This document shows, piece by piece, positions 18,343 through 27,355 of a DNA stretch of 32,000 nucleotides. The notes beneath the pieces were generated by a model that saw only the letters and a program-made list of their open reading frames with translations, ran no database searches and was not told the origin of the DNA. The stretch lies in sequence record CP044582.1. The stretch is one strand, 5' to 3'. A program made the position numbers and the translations under genes. Position 1 is the stretch's first letter. Every line of letters starts with the position of its first letter.

Positions 18343-18702
18343 TTAAATTCCTAAACTTGTTTTTTCCATTCCAAAGAAATCGAGGCTATATTCAGGTGCC
18401 AGCTTTAGAATTGCTTTTTTATATGTAGGTAAATACCCCTCAAATTGTCTACGTCGCTTTGATTTTTTAGGCATCATTAAAGTATTTACACTTAAAACTT
18501 TTACACTAAATACATATTCAAAAGCTGCTTTAATTGTTTGTTTATCAGCTTTTGGATCAACAACAAACGTGTAAGAATTTTTTAAAAATGGATTACTCGC
18601 TTTTTCAGTAGCTAAAGGATAACGAAGGAGGTCAATCCATTCAGCTTCTTGGGTTTTTTGAAACTTAATTGTTTCATTTGCACTTAATTTTCGATCCGAC
18701 AT
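18343..18702 (-). CDS. rpl23: 50S ribosomal protein L23
   Basis: L23-like core (IDLLRYPLATEKA....NSYTFVVDPKADKQTIKAAFEYVFSVKVLSVNT). I started it at the first ATG (18702). The tracked ORF starts at a TTG (18747) that would overlap rpl4 by 22 nt, so the start is uncertain. Confidence 0.85.
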   Translation of the reverse strand: MSDRKLSANETIKFQKTQEAEWIDLLRYPLATEKASNPFLKNSYTFVVDPKADKQTIKAAFEYVFSVKVLSVNTLMMPKKSKRRRQFEGYLPTYKKAILKLAPEYSLDFFGMEKTSLGI

Positions 18703-18725
18703 AAAATGATCTATCTGTAATGTTT

Positions 18726-19490
18726 TTACCTTTTGACTTTTTTCCAAGATAAATCTTTAAGAGTTAAGTTGTAAGATGAATAAGCTGTCATTAAGATCCA
18801 GCTAGATCGAATTACATCATTTATACTTAATTGATTATCTACAATTAAACTTACATTTTTAAGATTTTTAATACTTTGTAAAAATAAAGTTCCTTCAAGA
18901 ATTTTATATTCTTGAGTACTAACTACAATACTAATCAATTGCTTATTTAGTAAATTTTTTAAATTAATATTATTTTTTTCAAAGATTTCACTAAAGATTT
19001 GTTTTGCGTATTTTGTTTTTCCAGGATAAATTGATTTAGATATATCTAATTTCGAATTTGTTAATCCTTCAAATAAACTAATGGCTAGTATACGCTTTTG
19101 TTTTTCATGTAAAAGTACTCTAAATGCACGATCATATTCACGATTGTTCAGTTTTGGGTTATAAGCAATGGGTTTAGGTCCAAAGGTTACACCTCCACCT
19201 CTCCATAATGGTGATCTAATAGATCCTGCACGTGCTTTTCCTCTTCCTTTTTGAGGCCAGGGTTTTCTACCACCACCACGAACTTCTGATTTAGTTTTCG
19301 TTGATGCATTTCGAATCCTATTAGTTTTTCTATAAAGACAAAAGGCTTTATGAATTAAGTAATCAGGATTTGTTTGAGAAAATCCAAGTTTGAAATGACC
19401 ATCTAAACGACGTAAAACAAAATCTTTCTCAATAGAAGTGCCGGGGATAATCCAATAGTTTGGAATTGTTGCAATTTTATTTGTATTCAT
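18726..19490 (-). CDS. rpl4: 50S ribosomal protein L4, somewhat long at 254 aa
   Basis: Contains the L4 loop motif SEVRGGGRKPWPQKGRGKARAGSIRSPLWRGGGVTFGPKP. It lies between rpl3 and rpl23. Confidence 0.9.
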   Translation of the reverse strand: MNTNKIATIPNYWIIPGTSIEKDFVLRRLDGHFKLGFSQTNPDYLIHKAFCLYRKTNRIRNASTKTKSEVRGGGRKPWPQKGRGKARAGSIRSPLWRGGGVTFGPKPIAYNPKLNNREYDRAFRVLLHEKQKRILAISLFEGLTNSKLDISKSIYPGKTKYAKQIFSEIFEKNNINLKNLLNKQLISIVVSTQEYKILEGTLFLQSIKNLKNVSLIVDNQLSINDVIRSSWILMTAYSSYNLTLKDLSWKKVKR

Positions 19491-19509
19491 ATCTTGTTAA
19501 ATCATTTGA

Positions 19510-20160
19510 TTATGAGACACTTGGCGTTAAGCTAAGTAAGTTTCCTGGTTTTCCAGGAACAGAACCTTTTACAACTAAAAGATTTTCGTCTGCATCAATT
19601 TTTAAAATTGCTAAACGTTTTAGTGTTGCTGGTTTTCCACCAAGTCTTCCTGCCATACGTTTACCAGGATATACACGACCTGGTGTACTACCAGCTCCAA
19701 TTGACCCTGGTTCACGATGATTTTTTGAACCGTGGGACATAGGCCCTCTACTAAAGTTATGTCGTTTCACAGTTCCCGAGAAACCTTTACCAATACTTTT
19801 CCCACGAACATCAATAAATTGATTAGGTGAAAAGTTTGTTATATCAAAAGTTTGTCCAAGTTCAAACTCTTCAGGCCTATTAACATGATATTCTTTTAAG
19901 TAGCGACTATTTAACGCTCCAGACTTCTTCAGATGTCCCTCTAAAGCTTTGTTTAATGAATGCTTTTTTTGACTATCTTCTACTTTCTTTTTTGATAAAT
20001 CAAAACCTAGTTGAACCGCATCGTATCCATCAGTTGGTACTGTTTTTATTTGCGTTACCGTACAAGGTCCAATTTTTATCAGAGTGACTGGTATGGATGC
20101 ATTTTTCTCGTCAAAGATTTGCGTCATTCCAACCTTAATTCCAAGACTTCCTATCAACAC
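19510..20160 (-). CDS. rpl3: 50S ribosomal protein L3, probable GTG start
   Basis: L3 core (LGIKVGMTQIFDE....PVTLI..GPC.VTQIKT...DGY.AVQLGF; GKGFSG..KRHNF.RGPMSHGSKNHR.PGSIGA...PGRV.PGK.MAGR.G). The tracked ORF begins at a TTG (20208). GTG at 20160-20158 gives the usual N-terminal length ((M)LIGSLGIKVGMTQ) and has GAAGGAAG 7 nt upstream. Confidence 0.9.
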   Translation of the reverse strand: MLIGSLGIKVGMTQIFDEKNASIPVTLIKIGPCTVTQIKTVPTDGYDAVQLGFDLSKKKVEDSQKKHSLNKALEGHLKKSGALNSRYLKEYHVNRPEEFELGQTFDITNFSPNQFIDVRGKSIGKGFSGTVKRHNFSRGPMSHGSKNHREPGSIGAGSTPGRVYPGKRMAGRLGGKPATLKRLAILKIDADENLLVVKGSVPGKPGNLLSLTPSVS

Positions 20161-20424
20161 AACAAATCTTCCTTCTGATAAACTAATTATAATTTTTTGT
20201 TTGATCAATTAATACTTAAATTTAAAATGCTAAATATTCATAATAAAATAGTAGATTATTAATTATAAAATGTCTATAAACATATTCGTGTACCATACAT
20301 GTATAATAAAAATGTGTTATAACATTAAATTTCACTATAGATGTATGGAAATGAATTTGACTAAATTTATTTTTTAAAGCAATTAAGATACTTCGAAAAT
20401 TTTGAGTACAAATTAGTTAATATC

Positions 20425-22233
20425 ATGGCAAAAGTAGTAGGAATTGATCTTGGAACTACGAACTCCGTTGTTTCTGTAGTACAAGCAGGTACACCAGTAG
20501 TAATACCTAATGCTGAGGGTTTTAGAACAACACCTTCAATTGTAGGTTACGCACAAAAAACAAAAGAGTTAATTGTTGGTGCTATGGCAAAACGTCAATC
20601 AGTAATTAACCCTGAAAATACATTTTATTCTGTTAAACGATTTATCGGATCTAAATCAAATGAGATAGGAGAAGAATCAAAACAGGTATCTTATAAAGTT
20701 ACTGAGGATGAACGTGGAAATGTAAAGATTTATTGTCCCATACTAGATAAATCTTTTAGTCCGGAGGAAATATCATCACAAGTTTTAAGAAAGTTAACTG
20801 ATGATGCGAGTAAATTTTTAAATGAAACGGTAACAAAAGCAGTTATTACAGTGCCTGCATATTTTAACGATTCTCAGCGACAAGCGACGAAAGACGCTGG
20901 TAAGATTGCGGGTTTAGAAGTTTTACGTATTATTAATGAACCAACAGCAGCAGCACTTGCTTATGGTTTAGACAAAAAAGCAAATGAAACGATATTAATC
21001 TTTGATTTAGGTGGTGGTACATTTGATGTTTCAATTTTAGAAGTTGGAGATGGTGTATTTGAAGTATTAGCAACTGCTGGTGATAGTCATTTAGGTGGAG
21101 ATGATTTTGACTCTGCAATAATGAAATATATCTTAGCTGATTTTGAAGCAAAAGAGGGGATAACACTTAAATCCTCAAATCCAAACGATAAGCAAGCCTT
21201 ACAAAGAATTTTAGAAGCAGCAGAAAAAGCAAAAGTAGAATTATCTCAACTTTCAGAAACAACAGTTAATTTACCTTATCTGGTAGTAACGGAAACTGGC
21301 CCTAAACATATTGATCTTACACTAACACGTGCTAAGTTTAATGAGCTATGCGCATCATTGATTCAACGATGTCAATATCCTATTGAAACAGCTTTACAAG
21401 ATTCAAATCTAAGCCCTAGTAATTTGAATGAAGTGATTTTAGTTGGAGGTTCTTCTCGTATCCCTGCTATCCAAGAGCTAGTTCAAAAATTAACATTTAA
21501 AAAACCTAATTTAACAGTTAATCCCGATGAAGTTGTTGCAGTTGGAGCTGCTATTAATGGCGCGGTTCTAGCTGGCGAGATCAAAGATGTTTTATTATTA
21601 GATGTAACACCTTTATCTTTAGGAGTTGAAACAATCGGAGGTCTAATGACTAGAATGATTGAAAGAAACACAACAATTCCAGCTACAAAAACAGAAACAT
21701 TTTCAACTGCTGAAGATAATCAACCAAAAGTAGATATCCATGTACTACAAGGTGAACGTTTACTTGCCTCAGATAATAAAAGTTTAGGCCATTTCGAACT
21801 TGGAAATATTTCGGCGGCTCCTAGAGGTGTACCACAAATCGAGGTAACATTTGATATTGACGCAGATGGTATTCTTTCCGTACGAGCTCGTGATAAAGTT
21901 ACAGGTCAAACTCAATCAATCACGATTCAAAATGCATCGACGTTAGATAGAAGTGAAATTGATAAATTAGTTGAGGAAGCAAATAAAAATGCAGAACTAG
22001 ACCAACAAAGGAAGAAAAAAATTGATATTAAAAATCGTGCGGAAATGATATCATATCAAGCTGAAAAGCAACTTAATGAACCAAATACAAACCTTACTGA
22101 CGATGAGAAAGCTTCAGTTACAGTTCTTATTGAAGAAATAAAAACATTAAAAGACAGTGATGATATTGCACAATTAGAACAAAAAATTAAAAATTTAGAA
22201 GACAAGCTTAAAAATAGTGTAGCTTCTAACTAA
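20425..22233 (+). CDS. dnaK: Hsp70 chaperone DnaK
   Basis: 602-aa [21 protein letters not shown]...; Hsp70 signatures [39 protein letters not shown]. It is divergent from rpl3, as in red-lineage plastids. Confidence 0.98.
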   Translation: MAKVVGIDLGTTNSVVSVVQAGTPVVIPNAEGFRTTPSIVGYAQKTKELIVGAMAKRQSVINPENTFYSVKRFIGSKSNEIGEESKQVSYKVTEDERGNVKIYCPILDKSFSPEEISSQVLRKLTDDASKFLNETVTKAVITVPAYFNDSQRQATKDAGKIAGLEVLRIINEPTAAALAYGLDKKANETILIFDLGGGTFDVSILEVGDGVFEVLATAGDSHLGGDDFDSAIMKYILADFEAKEGITLKSSNPNDKQALQRILEAAEKAKVELSQLSETTVNLPYLVVTETGPKHIDLTLTRAKFNELCASLIQRCQYPIETALQDSNLSPSNLNEVILVGGSSRIPAIQELVQKLTFKKPNLTVNPDEVVAVGAAINGAVLAGEIKDVLLLDVTPLSLGVETIGGLMTRMIERNTTIPATKTETFSTAEDNQPKVDIHVLQGERLLASDNKSLGHFELGNISAAPRGVPQIEVTFDIDADGILSVRARDKVTGQTQSITIQNASTLDRSEIDKLVEEANKNAELDQQRKKKIDIKNRAEMISYQAEKQLNEPNTNLTDDEKASVTVLIEEIKTLKDSDDIAQLEQKIKNLEDKLKNSVASN

Positions 22234-22241
22234 CAAAAATA

Positions 22242-22284
22242 TAAATTAGTTGTAACAAGAATACAAAATGTTACAACTAATTTA
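22242..22284. terminator. Perfect 16-bp stem / 11-nt loop 9 nt after the dnaK stop
   Basis: TAAATTAGTTGTAACA ... TGTTACAACTAATTTA read from the sequence. Confidence 0.5.
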
Positions 22285-22374
22285 GTAGAGTTAGTTTTAC
22301 TTATTGTTTAAACATTGACTCTTTTCATAAAGCCGTGCATATATAATTATGTATTCAACTTTAAATCATTAAGT

Positions 22375-22447
22375 GCCCAAATAGCTCAGTTGGTAGAGCA
22401 ATGGACTGAAGATCCGTGTGTCGCCAGTTCGAGTCTGGCTTTGGGCA
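22375..22447 (+). tRNA. trnF: tRNA-Phe (GAA)
   Basis: Hand-folded 73-nt cloverleaf: acceptor GCCCAAA/TTTGGGC plus A73, D arm GCTC-AGTTGGTA-GAGC, anticodon arm ATGGA-CTGAAGA-TCCGT, T arm GCCAG-TTCGAGT-CTGGC. Confidence 0.93.
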
Positions 22448-22465
22448 TGGGCACTAGTTTGCAAA

Positions 22466-22536
22466 GGCGGCATCGCCAAGTGGTAAGGCAGTGGATTGCA
22501 AATCCTCTATCCCCAGTTCAAATCTGGGTGCCGCCT
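22466..22536 (+). tRNA. trnC: tRNA-Cys (GCA)
   Basis: Hand-folded 71-nt cloverleaf: acceptor GGCGGCA/TGCCGCC plus U73 (the Cys discriminator), anticodon loop TTGCAAA, T arm CCCAG-TTCAAAT-CTGGG. There is one U-U mismatch in the anticodon stem. Confidence 0.9.
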
Positions 22537-22567
22537 TTAATAACTCCTTATATTTTGGATAGCACAA

Positions 22568-22836
22568 GGGGGCGTGGTGGAATGGTAGACACAACGGACT
22601 TAAATTTTGAGCATTAATTTGTAAGTTCTCAAATTCAGAAAAAGTCTTTTCTAAAAATTAGAGAGAACAATCCTGAGCCAACTCATGAAAATGAAAAGGT
22701 GCAGAGACTCAATGGGAACTACCTGTGAGGTAAAGATAGAGTCCATACTTTTATACAAAACGAGAGTACTTTGTAGACAAAGTAGAAAATCCGTTGACTA
22801 TTACAGTCGTGGGGGTTCAAGTCCCCCCCGCCCCCA
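22568..22836 (+). tRNA. trnL: tRNA-Leu (UAA), split by a group I intron (exon 1 22568-22601, exon 2 22786-22836)
   Basis: Exon 1 is GGGGGCGTGGTGGAATGGTAGACACAACGGACTT, ending at U34. Exon 2 is AAAATCCGTTGACTATTACAGTCGTGGGGGTTCAAGTCCCCCCCGCCCCCA. Joined, they give anticodon U-AA, a long variable arm (GACT/AGTC), acceptor GGGGGCG/CGCCCCC and A73. Confidence 0.9.
22602..22785 (+). ncRNA. Group I intron (trnL-UAA type), 184 nt, no internal ORF
   Basis: Inserted between anticodon positions 34 and 35. It contains the conserved trnL-intron core blocks TCAAATTCAGA, AATCCTGAGCCAA, GGTGCAGAGACTCAATGG and GTAAAGATAGAGTCC, and ends in G (22785). Confidence 0.85.
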
Positions 22837-22859
22837 ATTAAACTTAATTTACTATACTT

Positions 22860-23111
22860 ATGTGCATATGTATAAATTGTACTTTTTATAACCAATGTTG
22901 GATAAAAAATGGATTAAAAAAACTTCCAAAAGTTCATACTGACTCATTAATTAAACTTAATTTTAAAAATGATTCTATAAATGATAATTTTTTCTATCAT
23001 GATATTTTCTTCAAAATAGTGTTAAATATATTTAGTAAAAAGCAAGAATATGAATTTGATGTAACTGAATGTGAAGGATTTTGTGAAAATCCTGGTAAAT
23101 GGATTGATTAG
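22860..23111 (+). CDS. ycf34: Conserved plastid/cyanobacterial protein Ycf34 (Fe-S-binding family)
   Basis: 83-aa ORF starting MCICINCTFYNQCW. The N-terminal CxCxxC...C motif and the C-terminal ECEGF..NPGKW resemble Ycf34, recognised from memory only. Confidence 0.78.
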   Translation: MCICINCTFYNQCWIKNGLKKLPKVHTDSLIKLNFKNDSINDNFFYHDIFFKIVLNIFSKKQEYEFDVTECEGFCENPGKWID

Positions 23112-23170
23112 ATAGATTTTTTTATTCTTTCTGTAAATTATTCAATATTTTTGTTAAATATTTTGTAAAG

Positions 23171-23213
23171 TAATTATGAAAAGTATTGAGTAATTACATA
23201 CTTTTCATAATTA
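23171..23213. terminator. Perfect 16-bp stem / 11-nt loop downstream of ycf34, upstream of psbD
   Basis: TAATTATGAAAAGTAT ... ATACTTTTCATAATTA read from the sequence. Confidence 0.45.
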
Positions 23214-23329
23214 TTTTTAAAATTCTATTTAAGTTTTAGTTGCAATACTAATAAATTAAGAAGCGTGGAAAAGAAAAGTGAAAATTTTAATTCACTTTAC
23301 CCTTGGCTCTTTTTTAGATTTTACTTCGT

Positions 23330-24400
23330 ATGACGATTGCAATAGGGCAAACGCAACAGACAGCTGTTGACGAAAGAGGTTTATTTGACTTAGTCGATGA
23401 CTGGTTAAAACGAGATCGTTTCGTGTTTATTGGTTGGTCAGGCCTTTTATTATTCCCAACCGCATTTCTTGCAGTTGGTGGATGGTTAACAGGTACGACT
23501 TTTGTTACATCTTGGTATACTCATGGATTAGCATCTTCTTATTTAGAAGGATGTAACTTCTTAACTGTAGCAGTATCAACACCAGCAAACAGTATGGGTC
23601 ACTCATTAATTTTATTATGGGGACCTGAAGCGCAAGGAGATTTCACTCGTTGGCTTCAAATTGGTGGATTATGGGCTTTTATAGCACTACACGGTGCATT
23701 TGGTTTAATTGGATTCTGTTTACGTCAATTCGAGATCGCTCGTCTTGTAGGTATTCGTCCATACAACGCAATTGCATTCTCTGGACCTATTGCGGTATTT
23801 GTTTCTGTATTCTTAATTTATCCTCTAGGACAAGCAAGTTGGTTCTTCGCTCCAAGTTTTGGGGTTGCAGCTATTTTCCGATTTTTATTATTCTTACAAG
23901 GTTTCCATAACTGGACACTTAATCCATTCCATATGATGGGTGTAGCAGGGATTTTAGGAGGTGCATTATTATCTGCAATTCATGGAGCCACAGTAGAAAA
24001 TACACTATTTGAAGATGGTGATGCTGCAAACACATTCCGTGCGTTTACACCAACACAATCAGAAGAAACTTATTCGATGGTAACAGCGAATAGATTCTGG
24101 TCTCAAATTTTTGGTGTAGCTTTCTCGAACAAACGTTGGCTTCATTTCTTCATGTTATTTGTTCCTGTAACAGGTTTATGGACAAGTTCTTTTGGTATTG
24201 TTGGTTTAGCATTAAATTTAAGAGCATACGATTTCGTATCTCAAGAGCTTCGTGCGGCTGAAGATCCAGAATTTGAAACTTTCTACACTAAAAATATCTT
24301 ATTAAATGAAGGTATTAGATCGTGGATGGCTGCACAAGACCAACCACATGAAAATTTTGTATTCCCAGAGGAGGTTTTACCACGTGGAAACGCCCTTTAA
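23330..24400 (+). CDS. psbD: Photosystem II D2 protein
   Basis: 356-aa ORF MTIAIGQ......[28 protein letters not shown]..., near-invariant D2. Confidence 0.98.
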   Translation: MTIAIGQTQQTAVDERGLFDLVDDWLKRDRFVFIGWSGLLLFPTAFLAVGGWLTGTTFVTSWYTHGLASSYLEGCNFLTVAVSTPANSMGHSLILLWGPEAQGDFTRWLQIGGLWAFIALHGAFGLIGFCLRQFEIARLVGIRPYNAIAFSGPIAVFVSVFLIYPLGQASWFFAPSFGVAAIFRFLLFLQGFHNWTLNPFHMMGVAGILGGALLSAIHGATVENTLFEDGDAANTFRAFTPTQSEETYSMVTANRFWSQIFGVAFSNKRWLHFFMLFVPVTGLWTSSFGIVGLALNLRAYDFVSQELRAAEDPEFETFYTKNILLNEGIRSWMAAQDQPHENFVFPEEVLPRGNAL

Positions 24401-25757
24401 TAGAGTAATCGGACGTGACATTGAGTCTACAGGTTTTGCCTGGTGGTCAGGAAATGCGCGATTAATTAATGTATCTGGTAAACTTCTTGGTGCACATGTT
24501 GCTCATGCGGGTTTAATGGTTTTTTGGACAGGTGCGATGACACTTTTTGAAGTTTCGCACTTTATTCCAGAAAAACCTCTTTATGAACAAGGTTTTATTC
24601 TTATTCCGCACTTAGCTACTTTAGGTTGGGGTGTAGGACCTGGTGGTGAAATTATTGATACTACTCCTTATTTCATAGTAGGTGTACTTCACTTAATTTC
24701 TTCAGCTGTATTAGGATTTGGAGGTATCTATCACTCTTTATTAGGGCCAGATACTTTAGAAGAATCTTTCCCATTCTTTGGTTACGACTGGCGTGATAAG
24801 AATAAAATGACAACTATTTTAGGTATTCATTTAATTCTTTTAGGGGTAGGTGCATTCTTACTTGTATTAAAAGCTTTATATATCGGAGTGTATGATACTT
24901 GGGCTCCAGGTGGTGGTGATGTACGAAGAATTTTAAGTCCTACAGTTAACGCTGCTGTTATTTTTGGATATGTTCTAAAATCACCATTTGGTGGTGATGG
25001 ATGGATAGTATCTATCAATAACATGGAAGATCTAATTGGTGGACACATTTGGGTTGGTACAATGTGTATCCTTGGTGGAATTTGGCATATTGTAACAAAA
25101 CCTTTTGCATGGGTGCGTAGAACATTCATTTGGTCTGGAGAAGCTTATCTTTCATACAGTTTAGCTGCTCTTGCTACAATGGGATTAACTGCTGCTGTTT
25201 TCGTTTGGTATAACAATACAGCATACCCAAGTGAATTCTATGGACCAACTGGTCCAGAAGCTTCACAAGCACAAGCATTTACTTTCCTAGTACGTGACCA
25301 ACGTTTAGGTGCTAATGTAGCATCTGCGCAGGGACCAACTGGACTAGGTAAATATTTAATGAGATCGCCTAGTGGTGAAATCATCTTTGGTGGTGAAACA
25401 ATGCGTTTTTGGGATTTACGTGCTCCATGGGTAGAACCACTTCGTGGACCTAATGGTTTAGACGTAAACAAAATTAGAAATGATATTCAACCTTGGCAAG
25501 AACGTCGAGCTGCTGAATACATGACACATGCTCCTTTAGGGTCATTAAACTCTGTAGGTGGTGTTGCAACAGAGATCAACTCTGTTAACTATGTATCTCC
25601 TAGATCTTGGTTAACGTGTTCTCATTTCTTCTTAGGATGGTTCATTCTAGTTGGACACTGGTGGCATGCAGGCCGTGCTCGTGCAGCTGCGGCTGGTTTC
25701 GAGAAAGGTATTGACCGTAAAACTGAAGCGGTATTATCTTTACGTCCTATTGACTAA
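24348..25757 (+). CDS. psbC: Photosystem II CP43 chlorophyll apoprotein
   Basis: CP43 sequence throughout ([39 protein letters not shown]...). I chose the ATG at 24348 ([18 protein letters not shown], the red-lineage-type N-terminus), which gives the classical 53-nt overlap with psbD. Alternative starts are the ATG at 24306 and the GTG at 24384. Confidence 0.96.
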   Translation: MKILYSQRRFYHVETPFNRVIGRDIESTGFAWWSGNARLINVSGKLLGAHVAHAGLMVFWTGAMTLFEVSHFIPEKPLYEQGFILIPHLATLGWGVGPGGEIIDTTPYFIVGVLHLISSAVLGFGGIYHSLLGPDTLEESFPFFGYDWRDKNKMTTILGIHLILLGVGAFLLVLKALYIGVYDTWAPGGGDVRRILSPTVNAAVIFGYVLKSPFGGDGWIVSINNMEDLIGGHIWVGTMCILGGIWHIVTKPFAWVRRTFIWSGEAYLSYSLAALATMGLTAAVFVWYNNTAYPSEFYGPTGPEASQAQAFTFLVRDQRLGANVASAQGPTGLGKYLMRSPSGEIIFGGETMRFWDLRAPWVEPLRGPNGLDVNKIRNDIQPWQERRAAEYMTHAPLGSLNSVGGVATEINSVNYVSPRSWLTCSHFFLGWFILVGHWWHAGRARAAAAGFEKGIDRKTEAVLSLRPID

Positions 25758-25771
25758 TTTTCTTTACAAAA

Positions 25772-25808
25772 AAATTATTAGCTTGGTTTTTTACCAAGCT
25801 AATAATTT
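25772..25808. terminator. Perfect 16-bp stem / 5-nt loop 15 nt after the psbC stop
   Basis: AAATTATTAGCTTGGT TTTTT ACCAAGCTAATAATTT read from the sequence. Confidence 0.5.
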
Positions 25809-25827
25809 AAACTTATTAAAAATCAAT

Positions 25828-25920
25828 ATGCTTAGTTTTATTCAAGTTGGTTCTTTACTTATCCTTAGTGCCGTATCTGGTCTTTTAGCTTATCGTTTAG
25901 CAATTTCACTTTATGTTTAA
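25828..25920 (+). CDS. psaM: Photosystem I subunit PsaM (30 aa)
   Basis: MLSFIQVGSLLILSAVSGLLAYRLAISLYV is a single hydrophobic helix ending in the PsaM-like A.RL...LY motif. It is the tail of tracked ORF 25651-25920. The identification rests on a short peptide. Confidence 0.72.
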   Translation: MLSFIQVGSLLILSAVSGLLAYRLAISLYV

Positions 25921-26043
25921 AAGATTTTTTTGGACATTTCAAATAATATCTAAGTCCTTTTTTAGTTGAAATATTATTAAAATTTCATTATACAAACACT
26001 AAATTAATTTACAATTTAAAAATTCGTTAGGAAGAAGTGACTT

Positions 26044-27280
26044 ATGACACAAGAACGCCGTAGATGGGGACAATCTAGACTAGTAATCCCTCCAAACCAG
26101 TTAGGAAAGTTAAAACAGATAAATGACACTGGTTTAACTAATAAAGAGTTTCAAAAAAGTAGTAATAATATCTCTAATCAATCAAAAACAAAGAAAGCCA
26201 GGGCTTCCTTTCCATTTTTAGCAATACAAGGTCAAAACGACTTGAAGTTAGGTATGATACTTAATGTCATTGAGCCAGATATTAAAGGAATTTTAATTAT
26301 TGGTGATCGTGGTACTGGTAAATCGACAACCATTCGAGCATTTGCAAATTTATTACCTGATATTGTCGTTGTTAAAGGTGACCCTTATAATCGAGCACCA
26401 ATTTCGATAAGAAAAACTGTTCCTTTTCAGGCAACTAAAGAAAATCAAGAAAATTTGGTACATCGTGTACATAGTTCATATCTTCGAATACAGTCTGATC
26501 GTATAGAGGTAAAAACTATGCCACTTGTAGATTTACCTCTAGGTGCAACAGAAGATAGAATTTGTGGTTCTATTAACTTAGAGCGTGCTGTAACAGAAGG
26601 TGAAAAAGCCTTTGAACCAGGATTACTAGCTAAAGCGAATCGAGGTTTACTTTACGTTGATGAAGTAAATTTATTAGATGATCACTTAGTAGATATCTTA
26701 TTGGATGCTTCTGCATCAGGATATACTGTTGTTGAAAGAGAAGGTGTATCAGTACGTCACCCGTCAAAATTTATTCTTATTGGTTCTGGTAACCCAGAAG
26801 AGGGTGAAGTAAGACCGCAATTATTAGATAGATTTGGTCTTTATACGGAGATTAAAACAGTAGAGCAACCTCTTATGCGTGTTCACATTATTGATTCTCG
26901 TGTAGATTATGATGATAGTGACAATGTATGGAGAAATAATTATTGGGCGCAGGAAGAATATTTAAAAGAAAAAAATTGAAAGAGCACAATTTCTTTACAA
27001 ATGTGTAAAGCTTCCAGAAAATCTAAAGCAAGCAGCATCACGCATGTGTAGTGCTTTAAATGTAGATGGATTACGTGCGGACTTAGTTATTTGTCGTGCA
27101 GCTAAAGCTTTAGCTGCCTTTAATGAAGAAGATACTGTAACGATCGAGCATTTTAAACGTGTAAGTCAATTATGTTTACGTCATCGTTTAAGAAAAGATC
27201 CTCTTGAATTAATCGATTCTGGACGTCGCGTTGATGATTTATTTACGATTTCTTTTGAAGAAAATGAATTAGTAAATTAA
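26044..27280 (+). CDS. chlI: Mg-chelatase ATPase subunit ChlI, frame interrupted by one extra A in an A7 run
   Basis: Tracked ORFs 26044-26979 and 27044-27280 are the two parts of ChlI. The first carries FPFLAIQGQNDLKLGMILNVIEPDIKGILIIGDRGTGKST, LPLGATEDRICGS, GLLYVDEVNLLDDHLVD and RPQLLDRFG. The second carries NVDGLRADLVICRAAKALAAF...LCLRHRLRKDPLE. Reading A6 instead of A7 at 26969-26975 gives continuous ...EEYLKEKIERAQFLYKCVKLPENLKQAASRMCSALNVDG. There is an N-terminal extension of about 50 aa if the ATG at 26044 is the real start. Confidence 0.9.
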
Positions 27281-27298
27281 AAAATTGCTACACTAAAT

Positions 27299-27335
27299 AT
27301 ATTTATAAGTTTCGTTTTTCGAAACTTATAAATAT
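27299..27335. terminator. Perfect 16-bp stem / 5-nt loop between convergent chlI and acsF
   Basis: ATATTTATAAGTTTCG TTTTT CGAAACTTATAAATAT read from the sequence. Confidence 0.5.
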
Positions 27336-27355
27336 TAATATTACAAAATTAGAGA

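Noticed and set aside
20357-20389. TTGACT ... TAAGAT promoter-like motif upstream of dnaK.
   Set aside because: The spacer is 21 nt, too long for a sigma70/PEP-type promoter. The match is not better than expected in DNA this AT-rich.
8240-21671. Other antisense or overlapping tracked ORFs: 8240-8428, 9085-9297, 9847-10116, 11346-11588, 14924-15121, 16091-16321, 19460-19720, 20933-21166 and 21483-21671.
   Set aside because: Each is contained in or antisense to a confidently identified conserved gene (rpl13, rpoA, rps11, secY, rps17, rps3, rpl4/rpl3, dnaK). None has its own start context or a recognisable motif.
22315-22891. Tracked ORFs 22315-22617 (100 aa) and 22685-22891 (68 aa).
   Set aside because: They read straight through trnF, trnC, trnL exon 1, the group I intron core and trnL exon 2. 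The RNA-gene interpretation explains the whole region. The intron has no room for a homing-endonuclease ORF.
24306-24347. Upstream ATG at 24306 as the psbC start (483-aa version).
   Set aside because: The extra [14 protein letters not shown] has no counterpart in CP43. The ATG at 24348 reproduces the red-lineage N-terminus [16 protein letters not shown] and the classical 53-nt psbD overlap. The GTG at 24384 remains a possible alternative.
23650-25471. ORFs 23650-23910(+), 24827-25129(-) and 25238-25471(-) within psbD/psbC.
   Set aside because: They are frame or antisense shadows of D2 and CP43.
25651-25827. N-terminal two-thirds of tracked ORF 25651-25920 (89 aa).
   Set aside because: This part overlaps the psbC 3' end out of frame and runs through the psbC terminator hairpin. 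Only the last 30 codons (psaM, from the ATG at 25828) make biological sense.
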